Shown here piece by piece: positions 1 to 9,766 of a DNA stretch of 64,000 nucleotides. The notes under the pieces were generated by a model. It did not search any database and was not told the DNA's origin. It saw only the letters and a list, made by a program, of their open reading frames with translations. A program made the position numbers and the translations under genes. The DNA comes from Flavobacteriales bacterium (GTDB taxonomy: Bacteria; Bacteroidota; Bacteroidia; Flavobacteriales; UJ101), in assembly GCA_047975265.1 (NCBI GenBank), contig JBKEDE010000042.1, positions 16,543-80,542 on the forward strand, written 5' to 3'. The stretch's first letter is position 1, and every line of letters starts with the position of its first letter.

Positions 1-746
1 ATTCTTCAAATAGTTCAGCAGGATTAATTTTAAATTGTAGCATTTGAGCAGTCTTTCTACCTCCGTCACCGCCTTTTCTCTGCATTGTAATTCTACCTAT
101 TTTGAAATTCCCTCTACTTGTTATTTCTATTTCTCCATTACCAAAAAAGTTTAAACAGTAATTCATTGGCTTTAGAACCCACCTTGCAGAATTATCTACT
201 TTTTGAGCAACTAGCATCCATTCAGCTGAAAACTTTCCTCTTCCTTTCAAAATATCGCTTATAATAAGTGATTTGTTGTTATTTAGCCAATTAAGTAGTA
301 TTTTTTGGTCAGACTCACTAAATTCATTAGCAAATGTTCTTCTCAAGTCCACTCGGGTTTTGAATTAATGGTAAAATTTCTCCAGTATATTGTTTTAATA
401 GATTAGAAACGTTAGTTGGTATATTCCACATCTCAATATACTTATCAATCCATCTTTTATCTATTTGATTAAACCCTTTTAAATTACTAACAAGTTTAAC
501 TTGAATGTTTTCTACATCAATAGCTTCTTTTAGCTTAATAGTAATTTGTACTTGTATGTCAGCTTTGAATCCAGACAGCACAACGGCTTTAACATATTCG
601 ATTTCTTTAATGTCATATTGCATTAAACTCAACCAATGCTGATCCTCAGTATCAGTTTGCCAATTGTTGAATTTTTGAACTATGTCCTTCTCGTTCTTGA
701 ATCCGTTTTTGGCTGTTTGAGAGCCTAACTCTTGATTGTCTGTCAT
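1..746 (-). pseudogene. Type II restriction endonuclease, presumed GCGC-specific (HinP1I/MspI-like), split by a frameshift; 3' end runs off the window
   Basis: ORF 327..746 (139 aa) stops at 327. The frame offset by one nt is open from 364 to position 1 (about 121 codons: ...LRRTFANEFSESDQKILLNWL...GRITMQRKGGDGGRKTAQMLQFKINPAELFEE). It lies directly downstream of, and overlapping, an M.HhaI-like methyltransferase. The two parts together give about 247 aa. Confidence 0.6.
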
Positions 747-1746
747 TGTATTGAATTGTCTTTGATATTTCTTTTAAAATAAATTGTAATGTATTAATAG
801 AAACACTATTTCCAAATTGTTTTTGAGCTTCGGTTATACTTTTGGGTAGAATAAAATCTTCAGGAAACCCTTGAATTCTTGCACATTCTCTTGGTGACAA
901 CTTTCTAATTATATCGCCTATTTTATACAGTCCTGTTTTAGAACCTACACCACCTCCGTGTGCGGACAAAGTAATTGCATGACCACTTGGATGATAAATT
1001 CTTTCTCCTTGACCTCCTTTATTTACTTTACCTATTTGAATAGGTTTGTTTGGTAGGTCAATTTCATTGAAAATGTTTTTTGTCAGTTTATATTCTTTAT
1101 AAATAGATATATCTTCTCTTTCAATGATTTTAGCATTGTCAGGTTTTGACTCTAAAATTTCTTCAAGTGAAGAAAACAAATTAAGATTAGGAAAAAAAAA
1201 CTTAACCTGTTTAAAATCATTTTTGTTAAAACCAACTATATAAATTCTTTCTCTATTTTGAGGTAGACCAAAGCTACTTGTATTTAAGACCTTATAAAAA
1301 ACTTTATAATTCAAACTTTCAAGTGTTTCAATTACAATTTTTAATGTGTTACCATTATTATGTCTTACAAAATTTTTCACATTTTCAAGTAAAAGAATTT
1401 TTGGTTTATGATAATCGACGATACGAGCTATATCAAAAAATAATGTTCCTCGAGTATCTCCAAATCCTTTTTGTTTACCGGAAATCGAGAAAGCTTGACA
1501 AGGAAAACCACCACATAATATATCGTGCTTCGGTATTTCTTGCTCTTTAATTTGAGTAATGTCTCCTTTGGGTTTTATATGATGGTTTAATTCATAAACT
1601 TTCGATGCTTTTTTATCTATCTCAGATGCAAAAACACAATTAGCTCCAAATGATTCTAAGGCGTAATGAAAACCACCAATTCCAGCAAAAAGGTCAATAA
1701 AATTTAAACCTTTTAATGTTTTATTATGGTTCTCTATATTTAGCAT
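652..1746 (-). CDS. DNA (cytosine-5)-methyltransferase, M.HhaI-like (predicted GCGC)
   Basis: C5-MTase motifs are present: FIDLFAGIGGF (I), GGFPCQAFS (IV), ENV (VI), QNRERIYIVGF (VIII), GNSVSI (X). It is collinear with M.HhaI as I recall it, including the target-recognition region (KGGQGERIY...ITLSAHGGG). Confidence 0.95.
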   Translation of the reverse strand: MLNIENHNKTLKGLNFIDLFAGIGGFHYALESFGANCVFASEIDKKASKVYELNHHIKPKGDITQIKEQEIPKHDILCGGFPCQAFSISGKQKGFGDTRGTLFFDIARIVDYHKPKILLLENVKNFVRHNNGNTLKIVIETLESLNYKVFYKVLNTSSFGLPQNRERIYIVGFNKNDFKQVKFFFPNLNLFSSLEEILESKPDNAKIIEREDISIYKEYKLTKNIFNEIDLPNKPIQIGKVNKGGQGERIYHPSGHAITLSAHGGGVGSKTGLYKIGDIIRKLSPRECARIQGFPEDFILPKSITEAQKQFGNSVSINTLQFILKEISKTIQYNDRQSRVRLSNSQKRIQEREGHSSKIQQLAN

Positions 1747-2053
1747 ATTTTCTTTTATGTAAAGATAGTGATTTTAGTGTTATTTATAATTACACCCAAT
1801 GACCTTGCTAAACGCAGTGGCGTTCCGGATTTGTATTATTGGGTGAATTTATTTATAAAATAATAGAAATGCAAATAAAACGTTGCAAAATTACTTTTAG
1901 CGTATGTTAGAACTCGTTTTCGTTTTCTCTCAAGTAGCAGTTAAGCTGGAGAGTAAATATTTCTGAGTAATTTGGTTTGGGAGATTCTGAGTATGCAAAT
2001 TTATAATTCTTAAAGAGAATTCGGAATTCTATTTTGAGAAAATATTAATATCG

Positions 2054-2061
2054 TATCTTTG
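2054..2061 (+). promoter_or_regulatory. Bacteroidota -7 promoter box TAnnTTTG (TATCTTTG) upstream of ruvB
   Basis: Exact match to TAnnTTTG, only 6 nt before the ruvB ATG, which implies a leaderless or near-leaderless mRNA. Confidence 0.45.
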
Positions 2062-2067
2062 TTTTGA

Positions 2068-3129
2068 ATGGAAGAATATTTAGACCCGGATAAAGCACAT
2101 TTTCCTTTGGAGGATTTAGAATTAGAAAAACGTCTGCGTCCGCAGTTATTTGATGACTTTGCGGGGCAACCGCAAGTAATTGATAATCTAGAAATCTTTG
2201 TAAAAGCAGCAAATCAACGAAAAGAAGCCTTGGATCATGTGTTACTTCACGGTCCTCCCGGATTAGGAAAAACAACCTTAGCTCATATCATCGCCAACGA
2301 ATTGGGAGCCGGAATCAAAATTACTTCAGGTCCTGTATTGGATAAACCGGGCGATTTAGCAGGACTTTTAACCAACTTGGAAGAACGAGATGTATTATTT
2401 ATTGATGAAATCCATCGATTGTCTCCTATTGTAGAAGAGTATTTGTACTCGGCAATGGAGGATTATAAAATTGATATTATGGTTGAAACCGGTCCTAATG
2501 CACGTTCGGTTCAAATTGATTTGAATCCGTTCACATTAATTGGAGCTACAACCCGTTCAGGTTTGTTAACAGCACCTATGCGGGCTCGTTTTGGAATTAA
2601 TTGTCGTTTGAATTATTATAATTCAGAATTATTAAGTTATATTATTACAAGAAGTTCCGGTATTTTAAACGTTCCCATTCATGAAGAAGCCTCTTTTGAA
2701 ATAGCTGGCAGAAGTAGAGGAACACCCCGTATTGCAAATGCTTTATTACGGCGTGTGCGTGATTTTGCTCAAATAAAAGGAGACGGTACCATTGATAAAA
2801 AAATTGCCCAATTTGGGTTAAATGCGTTGAATGTCGATCAAAATGGATTGGATGAAATGGATAATCGGATTTTAAGCACCATCATTGATAAATTCAAAGG
2901 AGGTCCGGTAGGAATTACCACCATTGCAACAGCGGTGGGAGAAAATGCAGGAACTATTGAAGAAGTGTATGAACCTTTTTTAATTCAGGAAGGCTATTTG
3001 ATGCGAACGCCAAGAGGAAGAGAAGCCACTGAATTGGCTTATAAACATTTAGGAAGACCTTTGAAAGAACAACAAGATAAAAATAAAAATTCAGGAGGAT
3101 TAAACTCTCCTGAATTTCCTCTGTTTTAA
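2068..3129 (+). CDS. ruvB: Holliday junction branch migration DNA helicase RuvB
   Basis: Walker [24 protein letters not shown], and typical RuvB N-terminal and winged-helix C-terminal sequence. Confidence 0.97.
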   Translation: MEEYLDPDKAHFPLEDLELEKRLRPQLFDDFAGQPQVIDNLEIFVKAANQRKEALDHVLLHGPPGLGKTTLAHIIANELGAGIKITSGPVLDKPGDLAGLLTNLEERDVLFIDEIHRLSPIVEEYLYSAMEDYKIDIMVETGPNARSVQIDLNPFTLIGATTRSGLLTAPMRARFGINCRLNYYNSELLSYIITRSSGILNVPIHEEASFEIAGRSRGTPRIANALLRRVRDFAQIKGDGTIDKKIAQFGLNALNVDQNGLDEMDNRILSTIIDKFKGGPVGITTIATAVGENAGTIEEVYEPFLIQEGYLMRTPRGREATELAYKHLGRPLKEQQDKNKNSGGLNSPEFPLF

Positions 3130-3130
3130 A

Positions 3131-4321
3131 TTATCCTTGATTAAAACCATTGGCTAAGGCAATTTCGAGAATGGATTTTTCTATGGCTTTCCCTAAATCA
3201 TCTTCGGTATTGGGATTGTCTTTTTGTTGAGTTTTTATAAATCCTGCTCTCTTTTTGGATAATTCTTTTATTTCCTTTTGAATTTTTTCTCTCTCATCCT
3301 TTTTCTTTTTGATGTATGCTTCTTTTTCTTCCTTTGTTCTTCCTTTGAGTTCTTCCGGTAAAGCGGTTTCCTCTAAATCTTCAAGAACAGCTTTGTTTTC
3401 TTCATATTTATCTACTAAATCCCATGAACTATTTTTGTAGGCATTCTTTTTTGACTTTGCAACGATTCTTTCTACCTTATTTTGTTTTGAAATACTTTCT
3501 GCATTACTATCTTGTACCGATTGCAATTCCTTTTTTTCGTAACCGATTGTTCCATAACCAACGTATGTATCATTTAATTTTGAGTTGTATAAATCGATTT
3601 GGTCATCATAAGGTGTTACGATATAATGTATTTTTCTATTGGAATCTATATTAAAATACTTTCCGTTTCCTAGTACAGCACCCTCTTTCCATTGCAAATT
3701 AATTCCTTCTTGTTTGTCTCCACAAAAAATAGTATTTACATAAATATTATTATGAACCACATCTGAAATAGCTTCTCTATAATCTACACCACCTTGGTTA
3801 AATCCTTCGTTACCAGCAATGTAAATCAATTTCATACTTTTTGTATTATCATCCCAATCTAACTGATTTTTAGAGGCTTTAATTACAGCACCACAATATT
3901 CATTTCCTCCGTTAGTTCTCAGAGCAAATAATTTTTCAGAAATTAAATCCAAGTCGGTCGTTAACGGAGTTACCTGACGGATATAATTCGTATCTTTTGA
4001 AAGTCCACTATTTCCGTATTCGTATAATGAAATTTGAATATCCGGTGAATGTCCTTTGTACTTTAAAGTGGTCAGCGTGTTGACAATATTCCATAATCGA
4101 GATTTTGCTTGGTCAATGAGTCCATCCATAGAGTTGGATGTATCCAATAACAAAGCTACCTGAATAGAATTTTCAGCTTTGACAGGAGTTTCAATCGGTT
4201 CTGTATCATTCTTTATCAAAACAATATTATCGGATTGTTTTTTAGGATTTTCACAAGAAAGCATCAAAAGTGGTAAAGAAGTCATCAAAACAACACTTAA
4301 TTTTTGGCTTAGATTTTTCAT
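3131..4321 (-). CDS. von Willebrand factor type A domain lipoprotein
   Basis: Signal peptide with lipobox (LMLSC), MIDAS motif DTSNSMDG, and a Lys/Glu-rich coiled-coil C-terminus. Confidence 0.8.
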   Translation of the reverse strand: MKNLSQKLSVVLMTSLPLLMLSCENPKKQSDNIVLIKNDTEPIETPVKAENSIQVALLLDTSNSMDGLIDQAKSRLWNIVNTLTTLKYKGHSPDIQISLYEYGNSGLSKDTNYIRQVTPLTTDLDLISEKLFALRTNGGNEYCGAVIKASKNQLDWDDNTKSMKLIYIAGNEGFNQGGVDYREAISDVVHNNIYVNTIFCGDKQEGINLQWKEGAVLGNGKYFNIDSNRKIHYIVTPYDDQIDLYNSKLNDTYVGYGTIGYEKKELQSVQDSNAESISKQNKVERIVAKSKKNAYKNSSWDLVDKYEENKAVLEDLEETALPEELKGRTKEEKEAYIKKKKDEREKIQKEIKELSKKRAGFIKTQQKDNPNTEDDLGKAIEKSILEIALANGFNQG

Positions 4322-4460
4322 ATCAATTCTACTTTTATGATTAATTTTAATCTAAAACTAAATCAAATCTTAATGTAAAAAACCGTAACTTGGTAAAATG
4401 TACTTTTGACTTGGTAAAAGAATCTTTTTGATTTAAAATTAATTTCTTACTTTGTAATAT

Positions 4461-6248
4461 ATGAATGTAAAAATTATATACAGCAGCTTATTTTTATTCT
4501 TTTTTACGTTTGCTTTTACACAAGATTTTCCGTCAAGAAAGAAAACGCAGGATATTAAAGCTGAAACAAAAAAACTACAAGGAGCTTTAGAAAATAATGA
4601 TTTAGAAGCTACCGCCAACAGTTATTTCAACTTAGGAACTACTTTTTACAACGAAAAAAAATATACTGAAAGCGAACGTTATTTTGTCCAATCAAAAGAA
4701 TTGTACTTAAAACTCCATGATAAAAAAAATGCTGCAAAAGCGGGAAGAGCGTTGGCAAAAACACAAGAAGCTCTAAAAAAGAAAACAGAAGCTGCTAAGA
4801 ATTATAAAGAAGTTGCTGATTATAAAGTTGATAAATCAAGTTATAAGATGAATCAAAACGATTATGGTAGGCTTACAGCTTCCAATAAATCAGAAGAAAA
4901 AGCAGCTATTGAAAATAATGTAATTTTACAGCAACAAGCCGGCAATGACATGGAGCTTGCTGAAAGTTATTCTAACTTGGCCGATTTTAATTTGAAAGAA
5001 AACAAGCCGGATTCTGCCATATCAAATTATACTCAAGCTTATGAAATTGTTAAAGACAAAGTTCCTGAAAAAGCCATTGGATATACCCAAAAAATTGCAG
5101 ATGTTTTGGTTAAAAACAATCAGGTTGATGAGGCGATTTCTTTAAAAGAAGAACTTTTGGAAAAAGATTTTGTTAAAGAAAATTCTGAATCAGAAGTTTC
5201 TGAATATCAATCATTAGCCAATTTATATTTAACCAAGCAGAATGAAAAAGAGGCCATTGATTTATTAAAGAAAGCCTATGCTGTTTCTATTGAAAAAGGA
5301 CATACTTTAGAAGCTCAAAAAAGTGTAAAAAAATTAGACAGTATCTATTCTGCTCATAATGATTACACACAATCTTTGGCTTTATATCAAGATTTTGTAC
5401 AACAATTGCCCCTTATTATTGAAAAAGATAATTCATTGTTGAATCAAAAATTATTAGAAGAAACAACGGAAAAAATACAACAATTGGAAGAAGAAAAAAG
5501 ATTGAAAGATGAGCTTATTCACAAAAAAAATCTTTTTAATTACAGTTTGTTGGGCTTTGTCGGTATTCTTATCCTTTTAATTGCCTTCATTTATTATACA
5601 CTCCAAAAATTAAAAATCAGAAATAAAAAAATTGCATTACAATCACTACGAAGAGAGATGAATCCTCATTTTATTTTTAATAGTTTAAACAGCATTAACC
5701 AGTTTATTGTAGAACATGATGAGCTGGAAGCCAATCGATACTTATCACAATATTCAAAATTAATGCGGAATATTATGGAATATTCAAAAGACGATTTTAT
5801 TTTATTGGATAAAGAAATTGAATTTTTAACCCATTATGTAGAATTGGAAAACAAGCGATTTAAAAATAAATTTGATTACACAATTGAAGTTGATTCAGCG
5901 TTACGAGCTTTTGAACGTTTAAAAATTCCCGGTATGCTTATTCAACCACATATCGAAAATGCTGTGTGGCACGGCTTGCGTTATTTAGATAAAAAAGGGT
6001 TTTTAAAAATTATTTTTTCCTTAAAAGAAAAACAAATTGTAGTAACAATTGAAGATAATGGAATTGGAATTGAAAAAAGTAAAGAACAGAAAACAGATCA
6101 TCAGAAACAAAGAAAAAGTCGAGGTTTAAAAAATACACAAGAAAGAATCGATCTCTTGAATCATTTATACAAAAAAAACATTTATTACACCGTTTCAAAA
6201 CCTCAACAAGGAGCGGGCGTATTGGTAACTATAAAATTTGATAAATAA
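4461..6248 (+). CDS. Sensor histidine kinase, LytS/YehU type, with N-terminal TPR-like region
   Basis: Signal sequence, TPR-like helical repeats and one TM segment (LLGFVGILILLIAFIYY). His_kinase motif NPHFIFNSLN and HATPase motifs IENAVWHG / DNGIGI. Confidence 0.85.
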   Translation: MNVKIIYSSLFLFFFTFAFTQDFPSRKKTQDIKAETKKLQGALENNDLEATANSYFNLGTTFYNEKKYTESERYFVQSKELYLKLHDKKNAAKAGRALAKTQEALKKKTEAAKNYKEVADYKVDKSSYKMNQNDYGRLTASNKSEEKAAIENNVILQQQAGNDMELAESYSNLADFNLKENKPDSAISNYTQAYEIVKDKVPEKAIGYTQKIADVLVKNNQVDEAISLKEELLEKDFVKENSESEVSEYQSLANLYLTKQNEKEAIDLLKKAYAVSIEKGHTLEAQKSVKKLDSIYSAHNDYTQSLALYQDFVQQLPLIIEKDNSLLNQKLLEETTEKIQQLEEEKRLKDELIHKKNLFNYSLLGFVGILILLIAFIYYTLQKLKIRNKKIALQSLRREMNPHFIFNSLNSINQFIVEHDELEANRYLSQYSKLMRNIMEYSKDDFILLDKEIEFLTHYVELENKRFKNKFDYTIEVDSALRAFERLKIPGMLIQPHIENAVWHGLRYLDKKGFLKIIFSLKEKQIVVTIEDNGIGIEKSKEQKTDHQKQRKSRGLKNTQERIDLLNHLYKKNIYYTVSKPQQGAGVLVTIKFDK

Positions 6249-6250
6249 AG

Positions 6251-6988
6251 ATGAAAATAAAATCTGTAATTGTAGATGATGAAGCTATTGCCAGAGAAGT
6301 ATTAAAAAAATACTTAATCAAATATTGCCCGCAAATAGAATTGCTTGGCGAAGCAGAAAATATTCACGATGCTGTTCCTCTTATTTTAGATCAAAAACCT
6401 CAGTTGGTTTTTCTTGATGTAGAAATGCCTTACGGAAACGCCTTTGATATTTTAGAAGCTACCAAATCACATACTTTTGAAACCATTTTTATCACCGCTT
6501 TTTCCGAATATTCTCTGCAAGCACTAAATATGAGTGCTACGTATTATATTTTAAAACCTATTGATATACAAGAACTTGTTACAGCTATTGATAAAGTTCA
6601 AAAAATCATTCAAAATCAACCGTATTCCAATCGAAACCAAGTATTGCTTGAAAATTTAAAACAATCTCCTGAAAAACAACAAATTATACTTCCTACACAA
6701 CAGGGTTTTGATGTGATGAAACTCAGAGACATTATGTATATTCAAGCGGATGGAAATTTTACACAAATTTATGCTGCAAACGGTGATAAAAAAATGGTCT
6801 GCCGATTTTTAAAATATTTTGAAGAATTGCTCAGTCATCCCTTTATACGCATTCATCGCTCTCATATTATCAATATTCATTATTTAAAATCGTATCACAA
6901 AGGAAAAGGCGGTTACGTTGTTATGGAAAATGGTGCTGAAATTGAAGTTTCGGTTTCTTATAAAGAACGCTTGTTAAATTGTTTCTAA
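6251..6988 (+). CDS. LytTR/AlgR-family response regulator
   Basis: REC domain (VDDE...DVEMP) plus C-terminal LytTR domain (IRIHRSHIINIHYL). It starts 2 nt after the kinase stop. Confidence 0.9.
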   Translation: MKIKSVIVDDEAIAREVLKKYLIKYCPQIELLGEAENIHDAVPLILDQKPQLVFLDVEMPYGNAFDILEATKSHTFETIFITAFSEYSLQALNMSATYYILKPIDIQELVTAIDKVQKIIQNQPYSNRNQVLLENLKQSPEKQQIILPTQQGFDVMKLRDIMYIQADGNFTQIYAANGDKKMVCRFLKYFEELLSHPFIRIHRSHIINIHYLKSYHKGKGGYVVMENGAEIEVSVSYKERLLNCF

Positions 6989-7043
6989 AAAATAAAATCC
7001 ACCCTAATTAAAATTAAAGTGGATGATAAGAATGGTCAATATA

Positions 7044-8066
7044 TTATTCGGCACTTTCTTTTAATTCTCCTTTAATCTGTGCCTTAATTTTTTCCTCCAA
7101 TTCTTCGGTCAATTCTTCATTGTCTTTTAATAATTCTTTTACGGAATCACGTCCTTGTCCTAATTTAATATCGCCATAACTAAACCAAGAACCACTTTTC
7201 TTTACAATGTTTAAATCCACTGCCAAATCCAGTATTTCACCTGTTTTAGAGATTCCTTCTCCATACATAATATCAAACTCAGCTGTTCTAAACGGAGGAG
7301 CTACTTTATTTTTTACAATTTTAACTTTTGTACGGTTTCCGACTACCTCATCGCCCGATTTAATTTGAGTACTTCTACGAATGTCCACACGAACAGATGC
7401 GTAAAATTTCAAGGCATTACCTCCGGTGGTCGTTTCCGGATTTCCAAACATTACGCCTATTTTATCACGTAATTGATTAATAAAAATGGCTGTACAATGT
7501 GTTTTTCCGATACTAGCAGTTAGTTTACGCATTGCCTGCGACATCAAGCGAGCCTGAAGTCCCATTTTAGAATCGCCCATTTCACCTTCAATTTCACTTT
7601 TAGGTGTCAACGCTGCTACAGAATCTATTACGATCAAATCCACAGCTCCTGAACGAACCAAATTATCTGTAATTTCTAAAGCCTGTTCACCGTTATCAGG
7701 TTGCGATATAATTAAATTTTCGATATCAATGCCTAATTTTTCTGCATAAAAACGGTCAAAAGCATGTTCAGCATCAATAAAGGCCGCTGTTCCACCTTGT
7801 TTTTGGCATTCTGCTATGGCATGTAAGGTTAGCGTTGTTTTCCCTGAAGATTCCGGTCCGAAAATTTCTACAATTCGCCCTCTTGGATATCCTCCTACTC
7901 CTAAGGCTAAATCAATTCCTATAGAACCTGTAGGGATAACTTCAACATCTAAAATCGGAGCGTCTCCCATCTTCATTACAGTTCCTTTTCCATAGGTTTT
8001 ATCCATTTTGTCTAAAACTAACTGAAGTGCTTTTTTCTTCGCATCGTTATCACTCATATTATTCAT
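7044..8066 (-). CDS. recA: Recombinase RecA
   Basis: [10 protein letters not shown] Walker A, and highly conserved RecA sequence throughout ([33 protein letters not shown]). Confidence 0.98.
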   Translation of the reverse strand: MNNMSDNDAKKKALQLVLDKMDKTYGKGTVMKMGDAPILDVEVIPTGSIGIDLALGVGGYPRGRIVEIFGPESSGKTTLTLHAIAECQKQGGTAAFIDAEHAFDRFYAEKLGIDIENLIISQPDNGEQALEITDNLVRSGAVDLIVIDSVAALTPKSEIEGEMGDSKMGLQARLMSQAMRKLTASIGKTHCTAIFINQLRDKIGVMFGNPETTTGGNALKFYASVRVDIRRSTQIKSGDEVVGNRTKVKIVKNKVAPPFRTAEFDIMYGEGISKTGEILDLAVDLNIVKKSGSWFSYGDIKLGQGRDSVKELLKDNEELTEELEEKIKAQIKGELKESAE

Positions 8067-8397
8067 TTAAATTATTATAAAATTGTATCCAGATTGCCTT
8101 ACAAAGATAATCAAAAAAATGGGATTGTTGTTTAAATGCAACTATGTTAAAAAAACAATTTATTTATTCGTAACTTCTTGATTTTATGAAATAAATATTC
8201 AAAAAAATGAAAAATATCATGTAAATAAAAAATATCACATTATAAAATCTAAAGAAAATATTTATCTCATTGATTTACATTAAATTAAAACATTATTTAT
8301 TTTAATTTTTTTTATTATTTTTCAAACTTTCATCATAGTATTATTATTTCTTTATATTTTTTTAACAGTTTTTATTATTATTTTTTATATTAGTTTT

Positions 8398-8405
8398 TAT
8401 TTTTG
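8398..8405 (+). promoter_or_regulatory. TAnnTTTG -7 box (TATTTTTG) upstream of the OmpA-family gene
   Basis: Exact motif match 45 nt upstream of the ATG at 8451. Confidence 0.35.
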
Positions 8406-8450
8406 CAATAGATTCTGTCGAAATATTAACTTAAACAAATATTATATAAA

Positions 8451-9557
8451 ATGAAAAAAGTATTATTATCAGTATTTACCTTAGCAGGGATTATTGTATT
8501 TGCTCAAGCAGATGGGTTACCGGCTAACGCTGACGCAGGAAAATGTTATGCTAAATGTGTTACACCGGATGTATGGGAAGACCAAACAGAAACTGTTATG
8601 GTAAAACCGGCATACACTACTTTGGAAATTATTCCTACTCAATATGAAACCCGAACAGAAACGGTTGAAATAAAACCGGCTTCTAAAAAGTATATTTACG
8701 TACCTGCTGAATATAGAGAAGAAAGCGTTCCTTATGTAAAAAAGGAAGGATATAACCAATTAGAAATTATTCCTGAACAATTTTCACCTTCTTCACAAAC
8801 TGTTGAGATGCGTTCTGCTACAGAAGGATGGGAATTTAAAGGTTATAAAGCAGATTGTACCGGAGTTTCTAAAGAAGATTGTAGAGTGATGTGTTACTCT
8901 AAAACGCCTGCTGTATATAAGGATGTTCCTACACAAACGAAAGTAAAAGACCAAACAACTATTTCCAATCCGGTTTCTGAGCAAACAGCTGCTTATACAA
9001 GATTAGTAGAAGTTTCTCCTGCTCGTACCGATGTAATTGAAATTCCGGCTGAGTATAAAGAAATTACAAAAACCGTTTTGGTAAAAGATGAAACAACTAT
9101 TTCAACAAACCATGATGCAAAATATGAAACCGTTACAAAACGGGTGTTAGTTCAGCGAGGAGGTGCTACCGAATGGAAAGAAGTTCCTTGCGACGGTCAA
9201 GTAGCAGGGCAAATTTTACCAATTTATTACGATACGGCTTCTGCTGCATTACGTCCTAAATCAAAACAAATTATTGATGAATATATTTACTCTAAATTGA
9301 TTGCAGACCCAAATGCTACTGCTGAAATTTCTTCTCATACAGATTATAGAGGTGATGACGCCATGAATCAAGATTTATCTGAAAGAAGAGCTAAGTCTGT
9401 TGTGGAGTATTTAATATCTAAAGGTATTTCCAAAGATCGTTTGGTTGCAATTGGATACGGTGAAACAAAACCTGTTAATAACTGTACCAGTGCTTCTTCA
9501 GGTTGTTCAGCTTCTGAATTACAGAAAAACAGAAGAACCGAGTTTAGAATTTATTAA
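8451..9557 (+). CDS. OmpA-family peptidoglycan-binding protein with repetitive N-terminal region
   Basis: Signal peptide. Repeated P-A/E-x-Y...T-x-T/V modules (PAYTTLEIIP, PAEYREESVP, PAVYKDVP, PAEYKEITKT, AKYETVTKRV). C-terminal OmpA domain (SSHTDYRGDDAMNQDLSERRAKSV...NRRTEFRI). Confidence 0.85.
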   Translation: MKKVLLSVFTLAGIIVFAQADGLPANADAGKCYAKCVTPDVWEDQTETVMVKPAYTTLEIIPTQYETRTETVEIKPASKKYIYVPAEYREESVPYVKKEGYNQLEIIPEQFSPSSQTVEMRSATEGWEFKGYKADCTGVSKEDCRVMCYSKTPAVYKDVPTQTKVKDQTTISNPVSEQTAAYTRLVEVSPARTDVIEIPAEYKEITKTVLVKDETTISTNHDAKYETVTKRVLVQRGGATEWKEVPCDGQVAGQILPIYYDTASAALRPKSKQIIDEYIYSKLIADPNATAEISSHTDYRGDDAMNQDLSERRAKSVVEYLISKGISKDRLVAIGYGETKPVNNCTSASSGCSASELQKNRRTEFRIY

Positions 9558-9613
9558 ACACAACTGGTTGTTTTTCAGCTGTGTGTTTAAAACATATCTA
9601 TTTAAATAAAGAT

Positions 9614-9654
9614 AAAAACAATGGAGACGGACAAAAGTTTCCATTGTTTTTTTT
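9614..9654. terminator. Rho-independent terminator (bidirectional hairpin)
   Basis: 9-bp stem AACAATGGA / TCCATTGTT (9617-9625 and 9640-9648), with an A-run upstream and a T8 run downstream. Confidence 0.75.
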
Positions 9655-9766
9655 ATATTTTGAACTGATAAAATTAATAGATGCAAAAACTCAACAATAT
9701 TTACCATATGATAAAGCAAAACATTACCATTATCCTACAAAAAATATAGGATTGCTAATTAGTATA

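Noticed and set aside
8067-8450. Very AT-rich 385-bp recA/OmpA-family divergent spacer, with recurring AAAATATCA and TTTTTATTATT words; checked for CRISPR or tandem-repeat structure
   Set aside because: There is no regular repeat-spacer periodicity and no repeats of 20 bp or longer, only low-complexity A/T tracts. It is most simply a curved, AT-rich double promoter region.
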